This document shows positions 24,236-34,479 of a stretch of DNA of 38,609 nucleotides, piece by piece. The translations under genes were made by a program, and so were the position numbers. Origin of the DNA: Octopus bimaculoides (lineage: Eukaryota); contig NC_068988.1 of the NCBI RefSeq assembly GCF_001194135.2, forward strand, positions 94,910,371 to 94,948,979, given 5' to 3'. The notes beneath the pieces were generated by a model, which made no database searches, was not told where the DNA came from, and saw only the letters and a program-made list of their open reading frames with translations. Numbering within the stretch: position 1 is the stretch's first letter; each line of letters starts with the position of its first letter.

Positions 24236-24307
24236 TTGGGGAAATTTCAAACCTGGGTTCTCATTCCTAAGGTATTTTTCGATATTATTATTATTATTCA
24301 GGTCATT

Positions 24308-24447
24308 TTCAACGACCCCAGTGTTTCACTGGTACTTAATTTATCGAGTCAGAAAGGATGAAAGGCAAAGTCGACCTTGGTGGAATTTGAACTCAGAAAG
24401 TAAGGAGATGGAATAAATAACGTCCGAATGATTCCACCAGCCCACCG
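24308..24447 (-). mobile_element. SINE family A
   Basis: cgaccccagtg..actggtacttaatttatcg..gaaaggatgaaaggcaaagtcgacct..ggaatttgaactcagaa. Confidence 0.85.
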
Positions 24448-25736
24448 ACAAAGCTACAATTCCTACCCTTGGCTCACAAAATATTGAAATGCAGAATGGC
24501 TACCAATGAATTCGAACATTTAGGAATAAAAACATTTTATTTGCTTCATAATGGCTTCATTTCATTTTGCTGACCTCCGCATTGACTCGATGCTTGGTTC
24601 CAAGATGATGAAAAGTCTTTTAAAGGAATTATCCAGAGCCTTCCCAATGAAAGGGTTTTACTGGAATCCGTCTCAAAACATTCAAAATGAAATCAAGAAA
24701 TATCTCACAACCAGACGTAGTTTGCTACGTCTGTTTTCGTTAAAGAAGAACCTTGCTTTGCTTTTCCGTTTCTTTCTCCTCTTTTTTTAATATCTTTCCT
24801 TTCGGTCCCTGGGCAAATATCACCAAAGAAAAAAAAAAGAATGAATGAGTAAAATATAACAAAAAAATGCTGCCAATAGTTTGAAAAACGATGGAGAAGA
24901 GGGACGTGTAAAAAAATATAAAACTGAATGGATAAAAACAGAGAAGAGAGCGGGGTAGATTTGAAGGAGTGCACCAGTGTAACAAACTTGCTGGAAGCAT
25001 TGAATAGGTGAAGTTAAAGAGGAGAGGGATTTGGTGAATGATTGCTGAAGGAATAGCGGGGGGGTATATAAAGGCAATATCTGTTGACAATAGACTGAAC
25101 TCTCCCAGCTGAAAAAAGAAAAGAAAGGGGTGTAGAAAGAGAAGCGATTAAATCGGTTTCGCTTGACTATTGTGTTGTTTAAGAGTTTAGTTGAATCGTT
25201 GTGGAGCAACAACTAGTTTGCTGCGATGGGGGGAGGTGATATATAAAAGACGGCAGCTAATATCTGGCGGCTAGACGTGTCAACAGCAAACAGAAACAGC
25301 CTAGTTTCACAGTTGGAGAATAATACTTTGGGGAGAAGAAAGAAGAAAGAAGAAGAAGAAGAAGAAGAAGAAGAATCTATATATAAACACATAAATAAAG
25401 CCCACGCGCATATTGTGTATAGTTGATGACAATAACCCTGTCCTTCAATTCGTCAATAAGGATTTCTTACGTAGGCGCAAGGCAGCATTTATTTATATTT
25501 GGGCTGAAGAGGAAATGGGATGTGTTGGTATTCATGCCTACACTGATGCCTATAATCAGGGAAATAGAATGGGGTGTATTTTAATCTATGCACAATAGCT
25601 TTTGTTGGTGATACAAGAGAAAACGGATTGAGTGAGATAAGTCTTTGAAATTGCATCGCGGCTAGACAGGATACCTTTTTTCTGTAACTCTAACAATATA
25701 ATTCTTACGTCTATAGGTGTGTGTGAATTCATATAA

Positions 25737-25771
<35 letters not shown>

Positions 25772-25799
25772 CATGTATACATACATGCATACATGATTT

Positions 25800-26130
25800 A
25801 CGCGTTCGCCACCGCAACTTCGTTTAGACTTAGCAGCCCTTCCTGTTTGTTTTCACTGTCCTGTTTTTATTACCAATTTTGACCCTCCGCAAAATCCCAG
25901 ATTTTATTTAATTTGCTTTGCGGGAGCAACTGTTTTATCGAAAGCGTATATTGTTGTTAAATGCTCGAAATACGACAATAGAAAAATAGCCAACAACTGA
26001 TGAAGGGTCGTTCTTTATGTTGTTTGTCTTGTTTTCCATTTGTTTCTTTCGCTGTTCGAAAACATTATTCATATTTCATGTACTCGTACTTCGTATTTTT
26101 GTTGTTGTTGTACACTTTTCATGACGTCCT
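25800..26130 (+). mobile_element. Unclassified structured element (possible Penelope-pLTR-derived repeat)
   Basis: Internal hairpin ctccgcaaa/tttgcgggag, GAAA at 25940, CAACAA-CUGAUGA-AGGGUC at 25991-26009. Repeat status is inferred, not shown within the window. Confidence 0.3.
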
Positions 26131-26711
26131 GTGCGCACATATGGAAATATATATATACGTATAGATGTTAAGTATGTACATATACGTATGTATATATGCA
26201 TATATATGTATTATATATANNNNNNNNNNNNNNNNNNNNNNNNNNNNNNNNNNNNNNNNNNNNNNNNNNNNNNNNNNNNNNNNNNNNNNNNNNNNNNNNN
26301 NNNNNNNNNNNNNNNNNNNNNNNNNNNNNNNNNNNNNNNNNNNNNNNNNNNNNNNNNNNNNNNNNNNNNNNNNNNNNNNNNNNNNNNNNNNNNNNNNNNN
26401 NNNNNNNNNNNNNNNNNNNNNNNNNNNNNNNNNNNNNNNNNNNNNNNNNNNNNNNNNNNNNNNNNNNNNNNNNNNNNNNNNNNNNNNNNNNNNNNNNNNN
26501 NNNNNNNNNNNNNNNNNNNNNNNNNNNNNNNNNNNNNNNNNNNNNNNNNNNNNNNNNNNNNNNNNNNNNNNNNNNNNNNNNNNNNNNNNNNNNNNNNNNN
26601 NNNNNNNNNNNNNNNNNNNNNNNNNNNNNNNNNNNNNNNNNNNNNNNNNNNNNNNNNNNNNNNNNNNNNNNNNNNNNNNNNNNNNNNNNNNNNNNNATAT
26701 ATATCTGCAGT

Positions 26712-26745
26712 CTCAGGCATGGCTGTGTCGTAAGAAGCTTCCCAG
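26712..26745 (+). mobile_element. SINE family B head remnant
   Basis: caggcatggctgtgtcgtaagaagcttccc resembles the reverse complement of the family-B 5' end at 23640-23676. Confidence 0.5.
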
Positions 26746-26785
26746 CCAATTTAGAATTGACCAATTCAGAATTGGAATGCCCAAT

Positions 26786-26926
26786 AAGGCGGGCGAAATG
26801 TTCAACGGAATTTCGTCTGTCTTTACGCTCTGAGTTCAAATTCCGCCGAGGTCGACTTTACCTTTCATCCTTTCGGGATCGATAAATTAAGTACCAGTTG
26901 CATAGGCCTTGTGCCTAGAGTGGGAA
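26786..26926 (+). mobile_element. Short SINE family A copy with a perfect 18-bp target-site duplication
   Basis: AGAATTGGAATGCCCAAT at 26768-26785 and 26927-26944; the body matches family A with two internal deletions. Confidence 0.93.
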
Positions 26927-28511
26927 AGAATTGGAATGCCCAATGTCATTAATTTGACAGAGTAGTTTCAAATCCTGGTGGAAATTATTTCATTCGATTG
27001 AAGTTACTTAAGTGCTTGAGATTTCTCCTAAAACGAAATTTCTAGAGGAATGCTTATAAAGAAATCAGTACATAACACCAGTAGCCATGTGATGAAAAGT
27101 AAAATTAACCATAGCCGGATTCGAACTCAAGACGCAGAGGAGACAAACTAAATACTGTAAAGGGCTTAAGCATGAACCTCAACCATTTCCACTGACTTGT
27201 CGTACTCTGTCCTCTTAAAATAGAAGGACTTTGTGCGAAATCAAAGGAAACTCATAACAATAATTTATTTCTAAATCTATTTGTAATTTTAATCTTTCTG
27301 AAATAAAAATAAAAATAAACGATTTTTTTTTAATATAAGAAATCGAAACTAAGCAAATAAAATTATTTAAAATTCTTTGTTTAAATTTTTTGACTTTTTA
27401 AAAAAATCTTCTGTCTGGAAACACTTGTTTTTATTTTCATTTTCATTTAGTTTTGCTCTGCCTGTTTTTGAGTATTTTTGATGTTGTGCTTAAGTTTACA
27501 CAAAAAAAAAACAACATAAAAATAAAAGCAAACTGCTAATTTTTTTGAAAATTCATTAATTCGATTCTATTTTGATAGACATTAAAAAATGTTTCGTATA
27601 TTCGTTGTTAATACACCGAGATTGTGTTTGTATGCAGTATTCCGAAGACACAGTATAACGATTGGTTGAGAAATGGCAGTGCATTTAATAAGATTGGAAA
27701 TAAACTGGTAAACCACTTTTTTTTTCTTCTTTTTGTAAATCGGAATCAAATATTGATTTATTTATTTATTATAGAGCAAGCCTTGTGAATTTCATCGAAA
27801 AAAATATATTCACCAATTATTAGATCGAATTGAAAATCAGATATTTTATATAACGATTTTCCCCACAGGTAATTTTCCGTTTAATTGCATCTTTTCTCCC
27901 TCTTTCTTCTTCTCTCAAATACTCTCTCTCCCCCTCTCTCTCTCACACACACACCCTCTTTCCCTATATGACTCCCTTCTATCTATATCTTATTTAAATA
28001 TATCCCTGATTTTCACCTTCCCTAAACGCAAAAATATCAACCTCTTTCTTTTCAATTAATCCATTTCCTCTTACTAAAGAGAGGGGAGGGAGAGAGAGAG
28101 ATAAAGAAAGAGTGAGTGAGAGATGAAGAGGAAAAATATGGGGAGAGTATATAGAAACAGAGAGAGGGGCAAAGGAAGTGAAAATTATAAAGGGATGGAG
28201 AGGGAAGGAAGCCGGGTCAGGTGAAAATGATGATAAGATTTATGTAGGTAAGTAATTCTGAGATAATCGATGAAATTCGTCATCGTTATTTATGATTCTC
28301 TGCTAAACTATAATTACAGTAGAATTATCGATTAAGCAGTGCCTCTCTACTGCAGTAACATGCTGACTGAAGATTTCTGAGAAACATGGAAACTAGCAAT
28401 TAAGTTCAACACTATCAGTTGATAAACGTTATGTACTATTTCCAAAATACATATCCTTTTCCGGTTGTAGCATGTTATGATACCTGTGAAACGTATAATA
28501 CTTTTACGTGG

Positions 28512-29358
28512 AAGATTCTATGGGCTTTTACGGGTGGAAAAAATAAAAATCATAAACATCTGTGTCTTTACAGTGTACTGTTCTTCCTCTTCTTCTTCCT
28601 CTCCTTCTTCTTCTTCATATTATTATTATTATTATTGTTCAGTAGTTTTATTTTTATAACGTGCTTTCACTTCACTACCGAGCGCAGCTCTGTGCGCCTT
28701 GGGTATGTGCTGTGGTTTGCTGTGATGCTCTTATGGTTACTGTATTGAAAGTGTTTTGCGTAGGATGTGTGCAGTGAANNNNNNNNNNNNNNNNNNNNNN
28801 NNNNNNNNNNNNNNNNNNNNNNNNNNNNNNNNNNNNNNNNNNNNNNNNNNNNNNNNNNNNNNNNNNNNNNNNNNNNNNNNNNNNNNNNNNNNNNNNNNNN
28901 NNNNNNNNNNNNNNNNNNNNNNNNNNNNNNNNNNNNNNNNNNNNNNNNNNNNNNNNNNNNNNNNNNNNNNNNNNNNNNNNNNNNNNNNNNNNNNNNNNNN
29001 NNNNNNNNNNNNNNNNNNNNNNNNNNNNNNNNNNNNNNNNNNNNNNNNNNNNNNNNNNNNNNNNNNNNNNNNNNNNNNNNNNNNNNNNNNNNNNNNNNNN
29101 NNNNNNNNNNNNNNNNNNNNNNNNNNNNNNNNNNNNNNNNNNNNNNNNNNNNNNNNNNNNNNNNNNNNNNNNNNNNNNNNNNNNNNNNNNNNNNNNNNNN
29201 NNNCTCTATCTGTGTGTATTGGCATATCCCAGAGTATGGTTGCTTTCTCGTTTTCTGTGACCTTTTCTGGCGTGTGTTTATACCATTTTTTTTCTGTTGT
29301 TATTCCATAGTGTTGGCATAGCTTCCAGTGTATATAGGTCCCAGCTCTGTCGTGTCTG

Positions 29359-29427
<69 letters not shown>

Positions 29428-29603
29428 TAGTTTTATTTTTATAACGTGCTTTCACTTCACTACCGAGCGCAGCTCTGTGTGCCTTGGGTATGTGCTGTGG
29501 TTTGCTGTGATGCTCTTATGGTTACTGTATTGAAAGTGTTTTGCGTAGGATGTGTGCAGTGAAAGCACGTTATAAAAATAAAACTACTGAACAACAACAA
29601 CAA

Positions 29604-29634
<31 letters not shown>

Positions 29635-29736
29635 AAGAAGAAGAAGAAGAAGAAGAAGAAAAAGAAGAATACACTGTAAAGACACAGATGTTTATGATTT
29701 ATATTTTTTTCCACCCGTAAAAGCCCATAGAATCTT
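28512..29736. mobile_element. Foldback element with about 160-180-bp inverted arms, each containing (TTC)/(TAT)-type microsatellites
   Basis: 28512-28671 is the reverse complement of 29558-29736 (aagattctatgggcttttacgggtggaaaaa...ttcagtagttttatttttataacgtgctttcact). The 141-bp block 28638-28778 is directly repeated at 29423-29563 with one substitution. Confidence 0.85.
29204..29362 (-). mobile_element. R4/Dong-like RLE non-LTR retrotransposon fragment with uninterrupted frame, running into a gap
   Basis: Minus frame INRHDRAGTYIHWKLCQHYGITTEKKWYKHTPEKVTENEKATILWDMPIHTDR is homologous to HDNIARLVHW...KILWDF at 20640-20770. The 5' end abuts (AAT)n. Confidence 0.88.
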
Positions 29737-29762
29737 ACTTAATAATAATAATTATTATTATT

Positions 29763-29985
29763 ACGGAGGCGAGTTGGCAGAAGCGTTAGCACGCTGGGCG
29801 AAATGCTTGGCGGTATTTCGCCCGTCTTTACGTTCTGAGTTCAAATCCTGCTGTGGTCGATTTTGCCTTTCATCCTTTCGAGGTCAATAAATTAAGTATC
29901 TGTTTTTACTGAAGTCGATCTAATCGACTGCCCCCACCTCCCTAAAATTTCGGTCCCTGTGCCTAGAGTAGAAAAGATTATTATT
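29763..29985 (+). mobile_element. SINE family A, full length, embedded in (AAT/ATT)n
   Basis: ggcgagttggcagaagcgttagcacgctgggcgaaatgctt...gttctgagttcaaatcc...tgtgcctagagtagaaaagattatt. Confidence 0.9.
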
Positions 29986-30616
29986 ATTATTATTATGGCC
30001 TTGTTTAACATTATTATCAGCAATAGCATCATTGTTATTGTGGTTATTTACGTAGTCGTTGTTGTTTGTGGTCGTGGTGGTTTGATCATTCCCACTCTCT
30101 GTTTAAGGCTCTAGATTTTACCAAGTTTTAAATGTAGGCATGGAAAATAGTTTCTTAGTTATATTTTCAATAAGTGTGCTGGAAGTCTGCTCATAAGTTA
30201 CAAACGGAGAAGAAGGAAAGCTGCTGGACAGTTTGTTTTCTTAATTTTCTCAGCAAAAAATATAGAAAATACCTTCCAGAGATAACGAAAACAAATACAA
30301 ATAAAACAAAGATAAAATGAGCAAGAATGTTTATTGAATGGCAAGACACACGAATTGTTAGCAACAAAACAACAAGAATACTTCCATACATACACATAAA
30401 CTTTGATAGAAGAAAGAACGCTGACGATGTGAATGGAACACCAAGTCTGCTCTTTTCAAACGTGATTTCGAAACGGGGAACTGAAGACTTGCAACATTTT
30501 GAAGAAAGAAAACACCCATCGTTATGTGATAAAAATAAGCGATGTTCTACTCGAAACAATCACACACTAACGAGAGAGATGGGTGTTAGTCTGCTTCTGT
30601 ATTGCTAACTGCACAG

Positions 30617-30790
30617 AGTCCTTCTATGTGTAATCCAAAGAACAATAAAAGGAAATGGTAAGCTATGGTTGGCAGCAGAGAAAAAGAGCAAGAAAATGGA
30701 AAAAAATAACCTAAACATGGGAAGGTTGGAGATTAACTCTACAGCCACAAACAAGCCGTTTGTCGGACCAGTCTGAGAGATCCATACAGA
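30617..30790 (+). CDS. Candidate exon pair (30617-30657, 30745-30790), Cys-containing peptide, product unknown
   Basis: ctaac...gcacag|; ATG|gtaagc; ctctacag|; AGA|gtgagt. The joined frame SPSMCNPKNNKRKCHKQAVCRTSLRDPYR stays open. The 87-nt intron lacks a good pyrimidine tract. Confidence 0.2.
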
Positions 30791-31234
30791 GTGAGTGAAC
30801 ATCAGGTATTAATTCCATGTCCGAACATCAATGGTTTTGTGGTGTTATGTCGACTCAGATCATTATGAAGCGAGTCCATTGTGAGCATTGCCCATCGCGG
30901 GTACAACTGTTTCATGTTTACTCATATTGTTAGATAGAAGCTGCCACTGAGCATGAATTACTTAACTGAGAAAAATCTCGCTAAGCAGAATTTAGTATTG
31001 AAAAATGGCATTTCGTTGCCGAAGAACTTTATTCAAGAGGAATTGAATTATTTACCTCTCTATAACCAAAAGTGGAATACATTTTTTTCACACCGTCAAA
31101 GGAAAAGTTTAGCGGGATCTTTTGTTTTATGCATTTGAAGACATATCCTGTATTGCTCGTGTAGCTTTTCGTATTTTTGTGTTCACCTGTGCCAAATTAT
31201 TGTCAATTGTGTGTCTTAATTCCCATCTTCTCAC

Positions 31235-31279
31235 CTGATTCTTAACTGGCGTAGTTGAGCCAAAAATTATTACTTTCTG
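31235..31279 (-). CDS. Candidate 45-nt (or 42-nt, NAGNAG) micro-exon, phase 0-0
   Basis: Minus strand cttttatttttatgcag|CAGAAAGTA...AATCAG|gtgaga; the only open frame is QKVIIFGSTTPVKNQ. Confidence 0.3.
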
Positions 31280-31769
31280 CTGCATAAAAATAAAAGATGA
31301 TATTGAGAGACGTGAATTTGAAGTGGATACGATTAGAGAATATTGTGTCGATTTTCATATGAAAGACAGGTTTAATTTGTGTAACTGTGTCTTTTGTTTG
31401 ATTTTTGTTTGATATTTATTAACTCCGTTTATAGTTTAGCGATGGTTAGTAATGCGTGTGAGTTTTCATAATGCCATAGAGTCAACAAGGAAGGTAACTT
31501 TATTTAGTGAGTAAATGAAGCGTTTTATCAAAGTAACTACACCTTAATTAAACTGACCCGATTGGAATTAATTCCTTGTTTAAGTTTGCAACAAATATTT
31601 ATCACACGTCAGTTGTTTATTCGACAAATATTTATTGACGAAAGGGTTTCTGAGCTGAGATACGTAACTTTATGGATGGGGAGAGGAGAGGAATCAGTCT
31701 AAAGTTTAGTTGTTTGTAGTTTATCCCTGAACTGTACCGCGTTTATGACTCAAATAAACCTTAAATGAT

Positions 31770-32275
31770 CCAGTACTGTATTTTTACTTGCGGCAGCATT
31801 TTCCCGAGGTGGGTTGAGCCGGCTCCGACCAACAAGTTCGCCATGTTTCTCACGAATGCTGACAAGTTCCGACGGTCGTCCAAACATTCCAGCGAGCAAA
31901 GCAATATTTCCGTCTGCGGCCCCAAAAAACATCCTCCAAATTTGGCAAATGCACCACTGGAAGAGCAAGCGCGTCGGATAACATGGATGTCGTAGCCAAA
32001 CATTGGTTATTGAGCTGTAGAGTTCATGTAGGTGACCCTCACCAAAATGATTAGCCTCTTGCAGTGGTGGCTGGAATTTCTCCTTTAGGTAAAACTTAGA
32101 GAGAATTAGTCATTGGAACGATTCGCTACAATGTATTACGCTTCGTGACATTGATGAGCACTTTCTTGGAAATGTAGGGACAGAATTCAAAAGATATGCT
32201 TGACTTCAATGAAGGGTAGTATTTATCCCTCATCAGTGACATTCTGTGAAAGGCAAGCTGTTCTAATACATTATA
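31770..32275 (+). pseudogene. Decayed coding-like fragment, probably from a retroelement ORF
   Basis: GC-richer island. The plus frame FPRWVEPAPTNKFAMFLT...PLEEQARRITWMS continues through in-frame stops and shifts into AVVAGISP...RELVIGTIRYNVLRFVTL. The family is not securely identified. Confidence 0.4.
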
Positions 32276-32528
32276 ACAGTTTCTCTCATTTACTTGTATA
32301 CTCTTATATGTATATTAAAAGCTGAGAGGCATTTGAACATAAAACAGAGAAACAATATAAAATATGGTAAAATATTGTAACATGATGCTCTACTGCTTCG
32401 GCTACGATATGAACCTACCAATTGAGCAATTAAGACGGAAGCAAAGTTAAGAACTGTTTATTAAGGTCAACAGGCGGATTTATCATTCGTGCGCAACAGC
32501 ATGTTGCGTACATACACCTGTGTACATA

Positions 32529-32656
32529 CCACAAGCTATAGCCTCATTCTATACACATATAGATACATGTACATACCCAGGTGTATACACCTGTGTATAT
32601 ACAGCTGAGTATGTACATGTATCTATAAGTGTACAATATAAGGCTATAGCTTGTGG
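32529..32656. repeat. 128-bp near-palindrome (long hairpin)
   Basis: ccacaagctatagcct (32529-32544) pairs perfectly with 32641-32656, and 32552-32576 pairs with 32609-32633 at 24/25. The centre contains caggtgtatacacctg. Confidence 0.9.
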
Positions 32657-32719
32657 AGTAAAAGTACTTCCCCGCTATTTTCAAGGTAAACCATCAGTGT
32701 TTTATTAATCAACCAATAA

Positions 32720-33775
32720 ATATATAAAATACATGTTTCACATTCCAACCTGACATGCTCACAATCATCTGCGCCCGGAGGCTTTTTTGTGATTCTTGCT
32801 GAAGATATTCATTGATAAAAATCTTTCATTTGAGAACTGGGTCATTAAACTTCATGTTCTTCCATCTAAATGCTTGAGGGTTTCACAGTGAATTTTTACA
32901 GATTGGCTGTTGTCAGGTTAATCTGACCACGTTATCACGAGTCACACACAATAAGATATAATGCTGTTTTATCGGTTTTTCTATCAACATCTAAAAACAA
33001 AAACAAGCTGGGAAATATTCACTTCCTTGTCTTTTAGATATTTAGATAGCAGTAGAAATTTTGCTTTCGGATTACAAATCATCTTTTCCTGTTTATTTGT
33101 TGAAAAAGCACAACGTAAGTTAGTTTCGAAGAAAAGTGTGCAAGATTATTGTTGTTAAGCAGCCTCTGTGGGTCAGGACCGAACACTATATCACAGGTAG
33201 TCCTTACATATATTTGAGCCTCTTAATTCACCGATCTAGTGACCCAGGTATATTGCGACATCGCAGGGATGAGCTGAAAAGGTGATATCTTTTCTGTATA
33301 CGTTTGATTACACAGACTGGAGGTAAACAGTTTTCTTAGACAGGTGTTGTTGAATAAAATGTTTAGAAGCAGTTGCACATATCGTATCAGAGACTTTTTT
33401 TAATTGAGATTTACATTTACAAGAAATTCTACCACTCACACTTTCAGCTTTCTGGTCACTGTTCAAGCTATTTTGTGTTCATAACATTTCGATGTAAATT
33501 ATGTACATATAAAGAGGTATTCAGGTAGAGCTTTTATATATCAACGATCCATCTAATATATTTTCACATTAGGTTTCTGTGACAACCCTTACTAATAACG
33601 GATTTCATTATTGTGTCATTTTCAAAAGAGAACGGGGCGAGGCACATTTATTGGGCCTCGTTACAATCTCTCCCGAGGTCAACCTCGAGTGAGCGGAGCT
33701 TCGAGCAAATGTCCTTAAATGACCATCATCTTGTATTTTTCTATATCGAGGACTATATTCACCAGGATGTGCTTC
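32720..33775 (-). mobile_element. Heavily decayed Helitron RepHel-like coding remnant
   Basis: Across minus frames, and in the expected order: YSPRYRKIQDDG, NPLLVR, CH..NV, EYLF, H*IGE, LTLCFFNK, EYFP, VVRL, ERF..., HKKPPGADDCEHVR. These echo Helitron YPxYRRR / YNPxL / HINVE / KYLFKY / HL / TLTxFF / YxExP / GRL / ERFYLR / GPxSFEDLR. Many stops and shifts. Confidence 0.45.
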
Positions 33776-33778
33776 ATT

Positions 33779-33925
33779 GTTTAAGACGGTAGAATGTAAT
33801 TTGAGGAACATTTGACATCTATTTTGAGCGACATTATAGAGGACATTTCTGTCTGTAGGGGTTTATTGTCATTTAGCCCCAGTTCAGATTTGACTACGTG
33901 GACCCATTATCCAATGCATTCAAGC
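33779..33925. mobile_element. SINE-like family D remnants
   Basis: ttaagacggtagaatgtaatttgagg...; tttagccccagttcag...; cattatccaatg, with blocks similar to 640-830. Confidence 0.4.
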
Positions 33926-33994
33926 TGTGACCTTCTAGTCTTTTCCCAAGTAGTATGCATCTAGAACCATTTGATATAATAGAAATGATCTTTC

Positions 33995-34165
33995 CTTTAG
34001 TAAATTTGTATATCACATGCAGGGTTTTCGGTAGGTTTGTGCTATCCTCACGGTTCTTGACTACCTGTGACATATTTGTATCGTCGGCGTAGCTAGAGAG
34101 AGTGAGTGACAATATGGCTGAGTGTATGCTTCAGAGTGGGAGCCAAGGCAAGGTATAGTGATGCC
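33995..34165 (-). mobile_element. Non-LTR retrotransposon reverse-transcriptase fragment (CR1/L2-like)
   Basis: Minus frame LSSYADDTNMSQVVKNREDSTNL; catalytic YADD at 34080-34091. Confidence 0.8.
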
Positions 34166-34314
34166 AGGATACAAAAAAAAACTGGCTGACACACACTTAT
34201 CACACACAATGCATAAGTGGAAGAGTAAAAACATTTAAGACTTTTCTATAGTTTAGCATATAAAAATCATCGTCGTCGTTGTTATACAAATATTAAGGAC
34301 GGAGCTTTTGCTTG

Positions 34315-34447
34315 TTAGAAAGTAGTTTCCTCCTTCCGTCTCGGAAGAATTCTGGAACATAAAGTCATGGTTTCACACATACATACATTATATATATATA
34401 TATATGTATGTATGCACACGCACACGCACACACACACNNNNNNNNNN

Positions 34448-34479
<32 letters not shown>

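Noticed and set aside
25066-25250. Two TATATAAA(A)G boxes as a core promoter
   Set aside because: Common in an AT/TA-rich genome, with no downstream first exon or ORF support.
31830-31930. HDV-like ribozyme (GGCGAA J4/2-like word on the minus strand)
   Set aside because: P1, P2 and P3 pairings could not be built by hand.
32205-32240. Minus-strand CUGAUGA-GGG...CCC
   Set aside because: Followed by UUCA, not GAAA, and lies inside a decayed ORF.
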